54,355 bases of DNA from Dehalococcoidia bacterium (GTDB lineage Bacteria > Chloroflexota > Dehalococcoidia > Bin125). The notes under the pieces were generated by a model. It made no database searches and was not told where the DNA came from. It saw nothing but the letters and a program-made list of their open reading frames with translations. Location: positions 1 through 54,355 of the forward strand of contig DAOUHS010000042.1 of the NCBI GenBank assembly GCA_034428415.1. The letters are read 5' to 3'. The position numbers were made by a program, and so were the translations under genes. Shown one piece after another: positions 54,202 to 54,355 of the stretch (the first letter of the stretch is position 1; every line of letters starts with the position of its first letter).

Positions 54202-54355
54202 GCGCGCAGGCTCCGGCCGACACTTCAACGGGATTCACGCCCCGGCGGCGCTGGGCGATCCTGCTGGTGCTGGCCGGCTCCCAGATGCTGGTCCAACTTG
54301 ACGCGACGATTATCAACACGGCGCTGCCCGCGATCAAGCGCGCCTTCGAGATGTC
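54198..54355 (+). CDS. MFS transporter (DHA2/EmrB-like), 5' partial at window end
   Basis: My own translation from ATG 54198 is MSAQAPADTSTGFTPRRRWAILLVLAGSQMLVQLDATIINTALPAIKRAFEM. LD.TI.N.ALP.I is the DHA2 TM1 motif. The ATGA overlaps the DUF35 stop. Confidence 0.7.
   Translation, partial: MSAQAPADTSTGFTPRRRWAILLVLAGSQMLVQLDATIINTALPAIKRAFEM

Overview
High-GC (by eye about 60-65%), gene-dense chromosomal segment with about 50 protein genes and one tRNA-Arg(CCT). I found no transposase, integrase, rRNA or CRISPR array. Content is mostly accessory metabolism: two luciferase-like (LLM) flavin oxidoreductases, four alpha/beta hydrolases, a family III CoA-transferase, two acyl-CoA dehydrogenases, a class II lyase, an enolase-superfamily enzyme, a thiolase-like/DUF35 pair, a class III aminotransferase and a flavin-dependent halogenase. 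Housekeeping genes are PcrA/UvrD, MazG and HU. This paralogue-rich profile resembles Chloroflexota-like or other high-GC environmental bacteria, but that taxonomic guess is weak. Items worth a second look, best first: (1) an MNT-HEPN module chained by GTGA overlaps to a 97-aa wHTH-like protein and a MutY-like glycosylase whose catalytic Glu appears replaced by Ala; (2) a halogenase with a C-terminal PqqD/RRE-like extension inside a seven-gene co-directional block; (3) two tandem giant FtsX-type permeases (1080 and 1120 aa) with no ABC ATPase nearby; (4) a dispersed ~40-bp stem-loop repeat family, including both intercistronic spacers of a DUF1800-DUF1501-NHL operon; (5) a ParD antitoxin next to a ParE toxin truncated by a GC-rich structured insert; (6) a bacterial PaREP1 (HEPN-clan) gene beside a 582-aa protein I cannot assign; (7) a PP2C phosphatase-RsbW-like kinase fusion plus a STAS protein with no sigma factor. 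All functional calls come from motif recognition in the supplied translations, with no database search. Most long antisense ORFs in the track are GC-driven artefacts.
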